A DNA stretch of 64,000 nucleotides from a virus: IMG/VR virus record IMGVR_UViG_3300032224_000970, positions 1-64,000 of that record, one strand, 5' to 3'. The notes beneath the pieces were generated by a model that saw only the letters and a list, made by a program, of their open reading frames with translations, ran no database searches and was not told the origin of the DNA. Below are positions 7,314 to 15,765 of the stretch, one piece after another; position 1 is the stretch's first letter; each line of letters begins with the position of its first letter. The position numbers and the translations under genes were made by a program.

Positions 7314-7502
7314 ATGAAAACTATTGCAACTCTAATCGCTTCAATGTTCGTTGTTTCTGCTTTCGCTGCTGAACCAGCCAAGCCAGCCACTGCTACTGCA
7401 CCAGTTGCAACACCTGCTGTTACTAAGGCAGATGCCAAGCATGCTGACAAAAGCGCAGACGTTAAGAAAGCTGACAAGAAAGCCGAAGCTACTAAGAAGT
7501 AA
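7314..7502 (+). CDS. small exported Ala/Lys/Pro-rich protein
   Basis: AAGGA SD; signal peptide ending SAFA. Confidence 0.75.
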   Translation: MKTIATLIASMFVVSAFAAEPAKPATATAPVATPAVTKADAKHADKSADVKKADKKAEATKK

Positions 7503-7710
7503 TCCTTACCAAGTACCATCATCGTTAGATGATAACGATGATGATCTCGGTCTTGACGATGATAGTCTACAAACTGGTTATCGTCGTCCACAAATAGTTA
7601 AGGATAAAGTCCCCGATAAGGATGACGATATCAGTGATGAAATAAAGTGGAGATTATTCTTAGCCAGACAACTGGCTTTGTTAAAGTACCAAGAGAAATG
7701 GGGATCGTAA
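7432..7710 (+). CDS. hypothetical protein overlapping the upstream ORF in +1 frame (start uncertain)
   Basis: Acidic tract and amphipathic C-terminus IKWRLFLARQLALLKYQEKWG; ends in the terminator. Confidence 0.5.
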   Translation: MPSMLTKAQTLRKLTRKPKLLRSNPYQVPSSLDDNDDDLGLDDDSLQTGYRRPQIVKDKVPDKDDDISDEIKWRLFLARQLALLKYQEKWGS

Positions 7711-7726
7711 GATCCCCATTTTTTTA
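7696..7726. terminator. bidirectional terminator between convergent operons
   Basis: AAATGGGGATC-GTAA-GATCCCCATTTTTTT. Confidence 0.85.
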
Positions 7727-10378
7727 TGCCTGAACACCATACCTACTATCGAGATATCGATTAACAGATGGTTCAGGATTGCGTATCGGCATGCGATACT
7801 CGAGACTTTGTGTAGATTTATTAATACTTGTTGGTGCGTTAACGATACTAGTAGTACCACCACCGCCACTAGAAGCCATTTCTCTTTGTGTATCTTGATT
7901 CTCTGCAGACTGTCTTCCGATCATTACAGTTTGTTGACCAGTTTCAACTTTCATTACACCACCAGATGCAGCAAATACACTTGCCTTCTGCCATGGGAAT
8001 GCGTCAACAGCTTTGATTGTTTCAGGTTTTATATTTGAGAATGCAGCGATACCATCAGAAATACTCTTGATACCAACACCTGCCTTTTCAAGACCAACTC
8101 CATATTGAGAAATTTGTTCCATCTGCTCAACTGGAGATTTTTGTCCACTAACTGCAGTTAAGAATCCACCAACCAAACTTCCAAGACCAGCTACTGCCTG
8201 AGCAGCACCGAATGCTGCCATACCTGCACCAACAGCAACAAGACCAGCACCTACCTTAACAAGATTATCACCATCGATCTTCGATAGTTTATCCATTGCT
8301 GCAGCGAATGCATCAAATGCAGGTGCAGCTATTTCCATTGCTGCAGCGAAAGGAATCAATGCTAAACTAATTGCAGAGATACCTACTGCACCAAGAAGTA
8401 GAAGTGGAGATAGAACACCAGCAAGAGCACCAACTCCAACCATTGCTCCTATAGCAGTAATTCCGCTAGATACTGATTCCCAATCTAAATCTTTCATAGA
8501 TTGGAAACCTTCGCCTACTGACATTAAACCCAAACCTAATGCTGCTAGTCCAGCACCTGCAAGAATCATCACTGGTGCTAATAAACCGATTGCACCAGCC
8601 ACAACTCCAAGAACACCTATCGTTACTGCTGCTTGTGCTATGGTTTCCCACTTTAAGTCAGCCATTGCTTGAAGACCAGTTCCTATTGACATCAGACCAA
8701 CACCAAGTGCAGTTAGTCCAACTGCAGCTAGTAACATTACTGGAGCCAATAAACCAATTCCAGCTGAAACTACACCTAATGCGCCAATAGTAACAGCAGC
8801 CTGAGCAATGGTTTCCCACTTTAAGTCAGCCATTGCTTGAAGACCAGTTCCTACTGAGATTAAACCTAAACCTAATGCTGCTAAACCTACGCCAGCCAGA
8901 ATCATTACTGGGGCTAGTAAACCTATTCCTGCAGCAACGACACCTAGTGCACCAATAGTAACAGCAGCCTGAGCAATGGTTTCCCATTTCAAGTCAGCCA
9001 TCGTTTCTAAACCAGTTCCTATTGACATCAGACCAACACCAAGTGCAGTTAGTCCAACTGCAGCCAGAATCATTACTGGTGCTAGTAAACCTATTCCTGC
9101 AGCAACGACACCTAGTGCACCAATACTAACTACTGCTTGAGCAATTGTTTCCCACTTAAGATCTGCCATTACATTCAGACCAGTGCCCACAGATATAAGT
9201 CCAACACCAAGAGCAGTTAGTCCTACGCCAGCAATTAGCATTAATGGAGCAACAGTACCTAATCCTGCAGCGATAACTCCAAGAGCACCAATAGCAACAG
9301 CTGCCTTAGCGATAGTGGCTAGATCTAAATCTGCCATAGTTTTTAAACCAAGACCAACAGATATAAGTCCAACACCTAATGCGGTAAGTCCTACACTTGC
9401 TATTAACATTAGTGGCGCAACTAATCCTAGACCAGCTGCTATAACACCAAGTGCTGCGATTGATACACCTGCTTTAGCGATTGTTTCCCAGTCTAGTTCT
9501 GCGAAATTCTTTAGCCCTGTGCTGGCTGAAAGTAAACCAACTCCAAGAGCAAGGATACCAACTGAGCCAAGTATCAACGCTGGTGCAACAGTGCCTAGTA
9601 GAGCAGCCACCGCACCTAGTGCTACTAGCGATACGATTGCTTTACCGATACTTTCCCATTCAACATCTGCGAATGTAGTTAATGCTTCAGCTGTTAACCA
9701 AAGAGCACCACCCATTACAAGTAGTGACGCTGCGCCAGCTAACATTGCTGGACCAGCACTACCAAGTGCAATCGCAGCAACAACTAAACCAGCAAGAACA
9801 ACACCACCCTTTAGTATCGCTTCCCATTCAATCTCACCAAACTTCTCTAATGCAACTGCAGTAATTAAAAGAGCAGCACCAAGTGCGAGTAGTGTTTTAT
9901 GCGCACCACTTTCTTCAATAAACTTGGTAGCAATAACTAAACCACCCATAACGATAAGACCTTTGGCTAAATCAGTCCAAGAAACATCTGCAAATTCTTG
10001 CATTGCTTTTGAAGTGATCCATAGTGCAGCAGCAAGTCCTAGTAAACCTTTAGCAGTATCGCCAAGTGCTTTAATACCACCTGACAATCCACTTAGTATT
10101 CCACCGCCACCACCTCCACTACTAGTAGCTTCGTTCGCTGGTCTAACAGCCTCAGGACGTTTACCACCACCTCCAGTATTATCTGCAATAATACCAAGAA
10201 GTCTGGTTTGTTCATCCATCCTCCTATTCATCTCTTCTTGATTTTCATCGGTAGTAGTACCAGACGCTGATGCTTCTTTCTCCATCAGTTCTCGAATTGT
10301 CTGAATGTGTTCTACCGATGCTTTTTGAAGATCCAAAAGTTTCTGGAAATTACTTGGAGATGCTGTTATGATTGCCAT
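7724..10378 (-). CDS. tape-measure-like (gp29-position) protein with hydrophobic 56-aa repeats
   Basis: Directly follows gp26/gp51; Ala/Gly/Leu helical repeats; C-terminal TSIVNAPT motif. Confidence 0.65.
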   Translation of the reverse strand: MAIITASPSNFQKLLDLQKASVEHIQTIRELMEKEASASGTTTDENQEEMNRRMDEQTRLLGIIADNTGGGGKRPEAVRPANEATSSGGGGGGILSGLSGGIKALGDTAKGLLGLAAALWITSKAMQEFADVSWTDLAKGLIVMGGLVIATKFIEESGAHKTLLALGAALLITAVALEKFGEIEWEAILKGGVVLAGLVVAAIALGSAGPAMLAGAASLLVMGGALWLTAEALTTFADVEWESIGKAIVSLVALGAVAALLGTVAPALILGSVGILALGVGLLSASTGLKNFAELDWETIAKAGVSIAALGVIAAGLGLVAPLMLIASVGLTALGVGLISVGLGLKTMADLDLATIAKAAVAIGALGVIAAGLGTVAPLMLIAGVGLTALGVGLISVGTGLNVMADLKWETIAQAVVSIGALGVVAAGIGLLAPVMILAAVGLTALGVGLMSIGTGLETMADLKWETIAQAAVTIGALGVVAAGIGLLAPVMILAGVGLAALGLGLISVGTGLQAMADLKWETIAQAAVTIGALGVVSAGIGLLAPVMLLAAVGLTALGVGLMSIGTGLQAMADLKWETIAQAAVTIGVLGVVAGAIGLLAPVMILAGAGLAALGLGLMSVGEGFQSMKDLDWESVSSGITAIGAMVGVGALAGVLSPLLLLGAVGISAISLALIPFAAAMEIAAPAFDAFAAAMDKLSKIDGDNLVKVGAGLVAVGAGMAAFGAAQAVAGLGSLVGGFLTAVSGQKSPVEQMEQISQYGVGLEKAGVGIKSISDGIAAFSNIKPETIKAVDAFPWQKASVFAASGGVMKVETGQQTVMIGRQSAENQDTQREMASSGGGGTTSIVNAPTSINKSTQSLEYRMPIRNPEPSVNRYLDSRYGVQA
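8480..9680 (-). repeat. 168-bp (56-aa) tandem repeat, about 7 copies
   Basis: TTTCCCACTTTAAGTCAGCCATTGCTTGAAGACC at about 8644 and 8812; protein unit ADLKWETIAQA..IGALGVV.. Confidence 0.9.
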
Positions 10379-10382
10379 GTCT

Positions 10383-10589
10383 TTATCTTAAATTCTTTGG
10401 TTGTTTAGCCTTTTGTGCTTCCATACGAGCTTTTTCTTCTTCTAAAAACTTAATCAACATTGTTACGTATACTTCTCTCTCGAACGGTATCATATTATCA
10501 AGTTCCGCAAGCGAGTACTTATGGTACTGCATCAATGAAAAATTCATCTTATAATGATTCATTAAGGTATCATGACAAAGGTTTATCAA
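10383..10589 (-). CDS. gp51: gp51-like baseplate/tail assembly catalyst; probably reached by -1 frameshift from gp26
   Basis: NFSLMQYHKYSLAELDNMIPFEREVYV motif; TTG start lies within a T8 run. Confidence 0.82.
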   Translation of the reverse strand: MINLCHDTLMNHYKMNFSLMQYHKYSLAELDNMIPFEREVYVTMLIKFLEEEKARMEAQKAKQPKNLR

Positions 10590-11308
10590 AAAAAACTTTG
10601 GAGACCCTCTAAAACTTTATGGTGGGCTTTACCGCAAACAGGACATTTATAGTCAACTTCTTTACGTAGCCTTGGCATAGTTTCAAAGAATTTCTGAACA
10701 CTCTTAAATTGCTCAGAAGTAAGGTTGTTTAAAAACTCAAGAATCTCTTCTTTTGATTGATCCTTCGCATGGAAAACTTTATCGCCATCATAAATGTATT
10801 CAACGCAGTTTGCAACTACTTTGAAAATCTCGTCAAGATTTTCTGTCTTGACATTTTGTAATTCTCTCATTGATTTGAAGTTTGGATATGTCATTACAAC
10901 ACCTACTTCATTGAACAATGGTATATTCTTTTGATGATCTGGATTAATATCAATTTCTAATTTACTGATATCAAAACTAATTCTAACTTTGGCTCTTTCA
11001 TTATCTGAGCCATGATCTTCATCGCAAGCAAAAACTAAATCAACAGTTTCACCTACAGACTTTGCACGTAGCTGAGTAAAGATATACTCAAGATCGAACA
11101 ATGCAAGATCTTCTACACGATAATCACCAGTTACGCATGCGCTGATAACAGATTTTAATGTATCAACCATCACCTGAGGATCTTCACTTTGCTGCGCCAT
11201 CAGCAGTGCTTTCTCTTCCTTAACTAAGAACTGTCTGTATTTGACTTCTTTCTTTAGCGAAGGGATTGTTAACGTATACGTTGGCGATGTATTAATTGGT
11301 AATGCCAT
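10586..11308 (-). CDS. gp26: baseplate hub assembly protein
   Basis: MALP..PTY, RQFLVKEEKALL, LRAKSVGE, FFETMP, CPVC, GLQSFF. Confidence 0.9.
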   Translation of the reverse strand: MALPINTSPTYTLTIPSLKKEVKYRQFLVKEEKALLMAQQSEDPQVMVDTLKSVISACVTGDYRVEDLALFDLEYIFTQLRAKSVGETVDLVFACDEDHGSDNERAKVRISFDISKLEIDINPDHQKNIPLFNEVGVVMTYPNFKSMRELQNVKTENLDEIFKVVANCVEYIYDGDKVFHAKDQSKEEILEFLNNLTSEQFKSVQKFFETMPRLRKEVDYKCPVCGKAHHKVLEGLQSFF

Positions 11309-11310
11309 AT

Positions 11311-11736
11311 TCATTCTCCTTTAGTCATATTCTGAATAAGTTTATTCAACTCACTTGTGCTACCTACAAAGATAGCATTATTCGTTACCTTAGCCCCACC
11401 TTCTTTCGCTGATGGTGCATCTAACTTTGCTTTTTGCTGGTGGATATCCATTAATTGTTGGTTAATGTCAGCCAGCTGTTTCATTAAATTACCCACGACC
11501 TCAAAGGCACGTGGGTGTTCAGATTGTTTTGCAACTTCAAGAGCTGCATTTAATGCTTCCTGTCCTTTCACCAATAACTCGTGTAGATTACCACGAGTTT
11601 TATCATAGTCATCTTCAATGCGTTGGACTGGGGTTTGAATAATCTCCCCAGTCTCATTCTCAATCAATTCATGTTCAGTAATCTTTACAATTTTAGGTGT
11701 ATCGAATACTGCAGATAATGTATCATCAATTTTCAT
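11311..11736 (-). CDS. gp16: terminase small subunit (cyanophage-type)
   Basis: DYDKTRGNLHELL.KG, SEHPRAFEV, NNAIFVGSTSEL. Confidence 0.85.
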   Translation of the reverse strand: MKIDDTLSAVFDTPKIVKITEHELIENETGEIIQTPVQRIEDDYDKTRGNLHELLVKGQEALNAALEVAKQSEHPRAFEVVGNLMKQLADINQQLMDIHQQKAKLDAPSAKEGGAKVTNNAIFVGSTSELNKLIQNMTKGE

Positions 11737-11737
11737 T

Positions 11738-12202
11738 TTAATCGTTTCTAGTATTTCTCATTGGTGGATCATCAGGTAACAAATCGTCACTTGGTGGTAA
11801 TGGACGTGCCATTGGTTTTGGTGTAGGACTATTTATTGCTGCTGGCGCACTAACACTGGGACTTGCGAATACTGGCGCAGGTACGCTAGGTGCTGCTGGC
11901 ATGCTTGGTGGTAAGGGTGTAACATTTGTTGCTGCTCCCGCAATTTTCTCTTGTGTACGACCAAACGCTGCAATACCTAAAACTGCACCCATTGCTAAGT
12001 GGAATAGACCAGCACCTTGCAGTGTTAGTGGATTCCATTGTGTAATTGGTGTATGAGTAACTGTTTGTAGTAATGACCATGCAACTGGAAATACTACCAT
12101 GTCCATCATACAGACAACCATGTACATCCAACCCATAGCTGGACGCCACTTCTTCTGCATCCAATCTTCATCTTTCTTTTCTGCTTTAACTTCATCAGCC
12201 AT
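11738..12202 (-). CDS. holin-like membrane protein (GTA 3TM-holin-like) with Pro-rich tail
   Basis: WRPAMGWMY, TM segments, LGIAAFGRTQEK; AAGGA SD before ATG at 12202. Confidence 0.6.
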   Translation of the reverse strand: MADEVKAEKKDEDWMQKKWRPAMGWMYMVVCMMDMVVFPVAWSLLQTVTHTPITQWNPLTLQGAGLFHLAMGAVLGIAAFGRTQEKIAGAATNVTPLPPSMPAAPSVPAPVFASPSVSAPAAINSPTPKPMARPLPPSDDLLPDDPPMRNTRND

Positions 12203-12218
12203 TTTATTATCCTTTTTA

Positions 12219-13007
12219 TTATGTGCTTTCGAAATCAACAAACCTGCCAAAACTTTGCGTAATTTCAGTACGTCCAGTTGTAGCAGAACCACCACCTATT
12301 TCAGAGAAGATATCATTGAACTTCTGCTGAATATTATAAAATCCAGTTCTATTTACATCAAAGTCTGTTCCAAACTCACCTGCATCTGCAAGTTGCCATC
12401 CTGATGGAAAATATCTTGTTGCTTCTGTCTCACCAACTACTGATGGACTAACACCTCTTGGTTCTGGAATATCTTTTTGAATTTTAATTGTTCCACTCCA
12501 AGATTTAATCATAAATGTAACTTGCATCTTCATTACATCTTTTTGATCATATCCCATTTGAATAGGAGATACTGTTTTAGGAAAGACTTCGTATAACTCT
12601 ACGACATATCTTTCTTTGTTCGCTACATCTTCTACTTTAATTTGCATCTGTTGGCAAACATATTGATCATAGTAGTTGAATGTTCTACGCTTACCTTGCT
12701 GAATACTTTTAATCCATGAGTCAAAGAATGCTTTAACTTCCATTGCCCCATCTACATAGAAAGACATGGTGATAGCGTCATAGTTAAACTCATAAGGTAT
12801 TTCACGCACCTCACCAAATGTTCTAATTGGCGTTGTGTTTACATTCAATCCTGGAAGACTTATCGAGTCGCAGAATAGTAAAATTTTTGGTAAGTCTAAT
12901 TTAAATGCAGTGCGGACAGCAGCTGGCGCATCAAGAACAACAGAATATCTGTTGCTTCTAGCCAATCCACTTGGTCCCATCTGACTGACGAATTTTGAAA
13001 TTTCCAT
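12219..13007 (-). CDS. gp54: baseplate tail-tube initiator
   Basis: GLARSNRY, FCDSISLPG, EVFPKTV; tube-protein fold motifs. Confidence 0.75.
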   Translation of the reverse strand: MEISKFVSQMGPSGLARSNRYSVVLDAPAAVRTAFKLDLPKILLFCDSISLPGLNVNTTPIRTFGEVREIPYEFNYDAITMSFYVDGAMEVKAFFDSWIKSIQQGKRRTFNYYDQYVCQQMQIKVEDVANKERYVVELYEVFPKTVSPIQMGYDQKDVMKMQVTFMIKSWSGTIKIQKDIPEPRGVSPSVVGETEATRYFPSGWQLADAGEFGTDFDVNRTGFYNIQQKFNDIFSEIGGGSATTGRTEITQSFGRFVDFEST

Positions 13008-13609
13008 TACCTTGCGATCCTAGTTTGTGAGTCTTTCCAGACTCTTTCTTTTGGTGCCTTAACAAATCGTTCAACTGGAAGTAACATTGCAGTAGTCCAG
13101 TTTGAAGAGTCTACCTTATTATAAGGCGATTTGACATGGTCACTCAGATACCTTTTAATGCAGGGTTCAGCTGCTTTATATTTTGAGACACCTGCAATAA
13201 GTGCCCATGAATATTTAATTCTTGTAGTTCCATCCATTTTGTCATTATTCTTGAATGTCATTAAACGATCAAGCAACTGTATACGCAGTGGATATGGAAG
13301 ATAGTGCATATTCAAACCCATAAAACCATCTGGTGTTGACGCATATGGAAATACTAATGGAAACCTATCATAGTATGGTAGGGTTTCCTTTAACTTTGGG
13401 TCATAGAAAAACATATAAAGATTCCCAGGAATAATTCTCGCTTTAAGAGAACCACCCTGCATCAACTTATTAGGTGTGATTGACTGTCTGCTTAGCAGCA
13501 ATACCTGTTGATTAAACCATGCTCGAGACTTTTTTGCTGATGTTTTGAGGTCGTATTTATTACGTTCAAATGCATCTAGCATGGTTGGAGTTTTATTAGT
13601 TGTAGCCAT
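13007..13609 (-). CDS. gp2: DNA end protector
   Basis: YDPKLKETLPYYDRFPLV, GLNMHYLP, CIKRYL. Confidence 0.9.
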   Translation of the reverse strand: MATTNKTPTMLDAFERNKYDLKTSAKKSRAWFNQQVLLLSRQSITPNKLMQGGSLKARIIPGNLYMFFYDPKLKETLPYYDRFPLVFPYASTPDGFMGLNMHYLPYPLRIQLLDRLMTFKNNDKMDGTTRIKYSWALIAGVSKYKAAEPCIKRYLSDHVKSPYNKVDSSNWTTAMLLPVERFVKAPKERVWKDSQTRIAR

Positions 13610-13622
13610 ATTACTATTTATC

Positions 13623-14060
13623 TTACTTTAGACCGAGCTCATGCTCTGTTATGATCTTAAATTCCCATCCACGATCTTTTGCATACTCAGTGGCTGCTTT
13701 CCACTTAGCTTGATTCTTAATGTAGGTCAGTGACTCGGTAATATAGCGTTGAGTTTTTCGTCCAGGATATATTGGAGGAATTGTTTGTTTCTCTGGTTTA
13801 ACTTCTATCAGATATGTCTTTAGTTGCCCACTTGTTTGACGAATCTGTATTTGAAAGTCTACAAAATATCGATGTAAACGATCGTCTGTGGGACAACGAT
13901 ACGGTATTACCGTTTCTTCTGAGATCCACTTAATAACTGCAGGATTCTTATCGCACCAACCAGCAAACCTAGTCTCCCAGGAACTGCGCATTATGATGCA
14001 AGTAGGATCCCCAGCATATTTTTCAGGAAATAAAGGTATAAAGCGTCTTTTATGGAACAT
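13623..14060 (-). CDS. gp4: head completion nuclease
   Basis: RSSWE, HRYFVDF, EVKP, NQAKWKAA, FKIITEHEL. Confidence 0.93.
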   Translation of the reverse strand: MFHKRRFIPLFPEKYAGDPTCIIMRSSWETRFAGWCDKNPAVIKWISEETVIPYRCPTDDRLHRYFVDFQIQIRQTSGQLKTYLIEVKPEKQTIPPIYPGRKTQRYITESLTYIKNQAKWKAATEYAKDRGWEFKIITEHELGLK

Positions 14061-14098
14061 AAATAACTAATGGGAATAAATAACCACCAACTTATTTA
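14060..14098. promoter_or_regulatory. divergent late promoters: TAAATA on + at 14060 and 14077, on - at 14093-14098
   Basis: T4-like late box in the gap between divergent structural operons. Confidence 0.75.
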
Positions 14099-14105
14099 GA
14101 AGAAA

Positions 14106-15263
14106 ATGGCAAAGACATCCAAACCACTAATACCAAGCGTTACACCAGAACGAAGCGGACCAAACCTAACACGAGATAGAGGTGGTGCGAGTTCGTTTAG
14201 CACCAAGTATAAAATACAAGAATTGAGTTATCCTGAAGACATCTATAGTCCAGAAGGACCATACGGTGGCAACTTTGTTGTATTCTACATCAACGTAGCT
14301 GAAGATTCTAAAATTTTAAAGGATGAAATTCAATCATCTATCAATGCTGAGTTACCACAAGAATATAGAATGCGTGGTGACAATATTGGTATTGGTGCTT
14401 CTGGTAATGAAGCAGTAGCTGGAGCAGCTGTTGGTGGTGCAGTAGCTGGTGCTGGTGTTAGCGCAATCGGAAAAATTATTTCAGGTGCGGGTAAAGGTGG
14501 TTTTGGTGCTGCTGTTAAAGATGTTGGTGGTGATGCCGCAAAAGCTGGAGCAGCAGCAGGTCTTGCTGCAGGTGTTGTTAATAATATGGCTGGTGGTAAA
14601 ATGGCTCGTCAACAGAAACGACTTGAGAAAGCCATTGCTCTACATATTCCAAACCAGTTAAGTATTCGTTACTCAATGCAGTGGGCAGATGAAGAGACGA
14701 TGCTTTACCAAGCAGCGATTACAGAGAATAGAGAAATTGCTGCAGCGATGGGTAAACAAAAACCAGCAACTAAAGAAGAATCATCAAATGCTAAAGCACT
14801 TGCTACTAGTTTAGCATTGAGTAAAACTCCAGGTATGGGTGGCGCACTTTCTTCTGCGTCTGGTCTTGCAGCTAACCCAAAGAAAGAACAAATTTTCAAG
14901 AACGTAAACCATCGTGAGTTTACGTTCGATTATACTTTTGCACCACGCAGTTCTACTGAAGCACGTAAAGTGTTAAACATCATTGAGACATTTAAACTGC
15001 ATATGCACCCAGAGTATAAAGATACAAACAACTTTATCTTTATCTATCCTTCAGAGTTTGATATTTTCTATTATCAGGGAACGAAGGAAAACCTAAACAT
15101 TCATCGTCATACTTCTTGTGTATTAAAAGATATGACTGTTAACTATACACCGAATGGTATGTTCAACACATTCGATGATGGTATGCCTACCCAGATTAAT
15201 ATTTCGCTTTCTTTCTTGGAACTGGCAATTCTTACAAAACAACAGATAGTGGACAAGTTCTAA
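14106..15263 (+). CDS. gp48: baseplate tail-tube cap
   Basis: NPKKEQIF, REFTFDYTFAPRS..E, PSEFDI, VNYTPNG, LSFLEL. Confidence 0.88.
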   Translation: MAKTSKPLIPSVTPERSGPNLTRDRGGASSFSTKYKIQELSYPEDIYSPEGPYGGNFVVFYINVAEDSKILKDEIQSSINAELPQEYRMRGDNIGIGASGNEAVAGAAVGGAVAGAGVSAIGKIISGAGKGGFGAAVKDVGGDAAKAGAAAGLAAGVVNNMAGGKMARQQKRLEKAIALHIPNQLSIRYSMQWADEETMLYQAAITENREIAAAMGKQKPATKEESSNAKALATSLALSKTPGMGGALSSASGLAANPKKEQIFKNVNHREFTFDYTFAPRSSTEARKVLNIIETFKLHMHPEYKDTNNFIFIYPSEFDIFYYQGTKENLNIHRHTSCVLKDMTVNYTPNGMFNTFDDGMPTQINISLSFLELAILTKQQIVDKF

Positions 15264-15264
15264 T

Positions 15265-15765
15265 ATGTATTTTGCACAACTACCAGACATACTTTACAAT
15301 TTTCCTATTAAGGAAAACGAGAGAGATACGTATCTTATTGTTAAAGATATTACTGCGAACATGAGATTCATTACGCAGACTTTAAGTAACGTAACACTCT
15401 ATGATCTTTATAATATCGTTGATGGCGAAACACCTGAAATGATATCAGATAAATTTTATGATACGCCAAAGTATCACTGGGCAATTATGCTCGCCAATCT
15501 TAGATTTGATTACATCAATGATTTTCCATTGACTTATGATAGATTGCAGCAATACACTTTAGACAAGTATGGCGATCTTTATGATATTCACCACTATGAA
15601 GATGCCAATGGTTATGTTGTAAATGATGATTATCCTTTGGCAACACCAATAGATAACATTACATATGAGGATAGAATAAACGAATCCAAACGCACAATTA
15701 AAATCTTATCGAAAGATTTATTGAATCAATTGAACACTGAGTTTAACAATATTTTTAGAGTATGA
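15265..15765 (+). CDS. gp53: baseplate wedge subunit
   Basis: MYFAQLP, DGETPEMIS..Y..HWAIML, IHHYE, YEDRINESKR. Confidence 0.9.
   Translation: MYFAQLPDILYNFPIKENERDTYLIVKDITANMRFITQTLSNVTLYDLYNIVDGETPEMISDKFYDTPKYHWAIMLANLRFDYINDFPLTYDRLQQYTLDKYGDLYDIHHYEDANGYVVNDDYPLATPIDNITYEDRINESKRTIKILSKDLLNQLNTEFNNIFRV

Noticed and set aside
8480-9680. Repeats as a CRISPR array (also 24440-24970)
   Set aside because: In-frame coding repeats with no repeat-spacer alternation; the nuclease at 149 is a common phage exonuclease with no other cas genes
9183-10241. 352-aa plus-strand ORF and similar antisense ORFs over fibre genes
   Set aside because: Shadow frames caused by Ala/Gly/Thr codon bias and repeats
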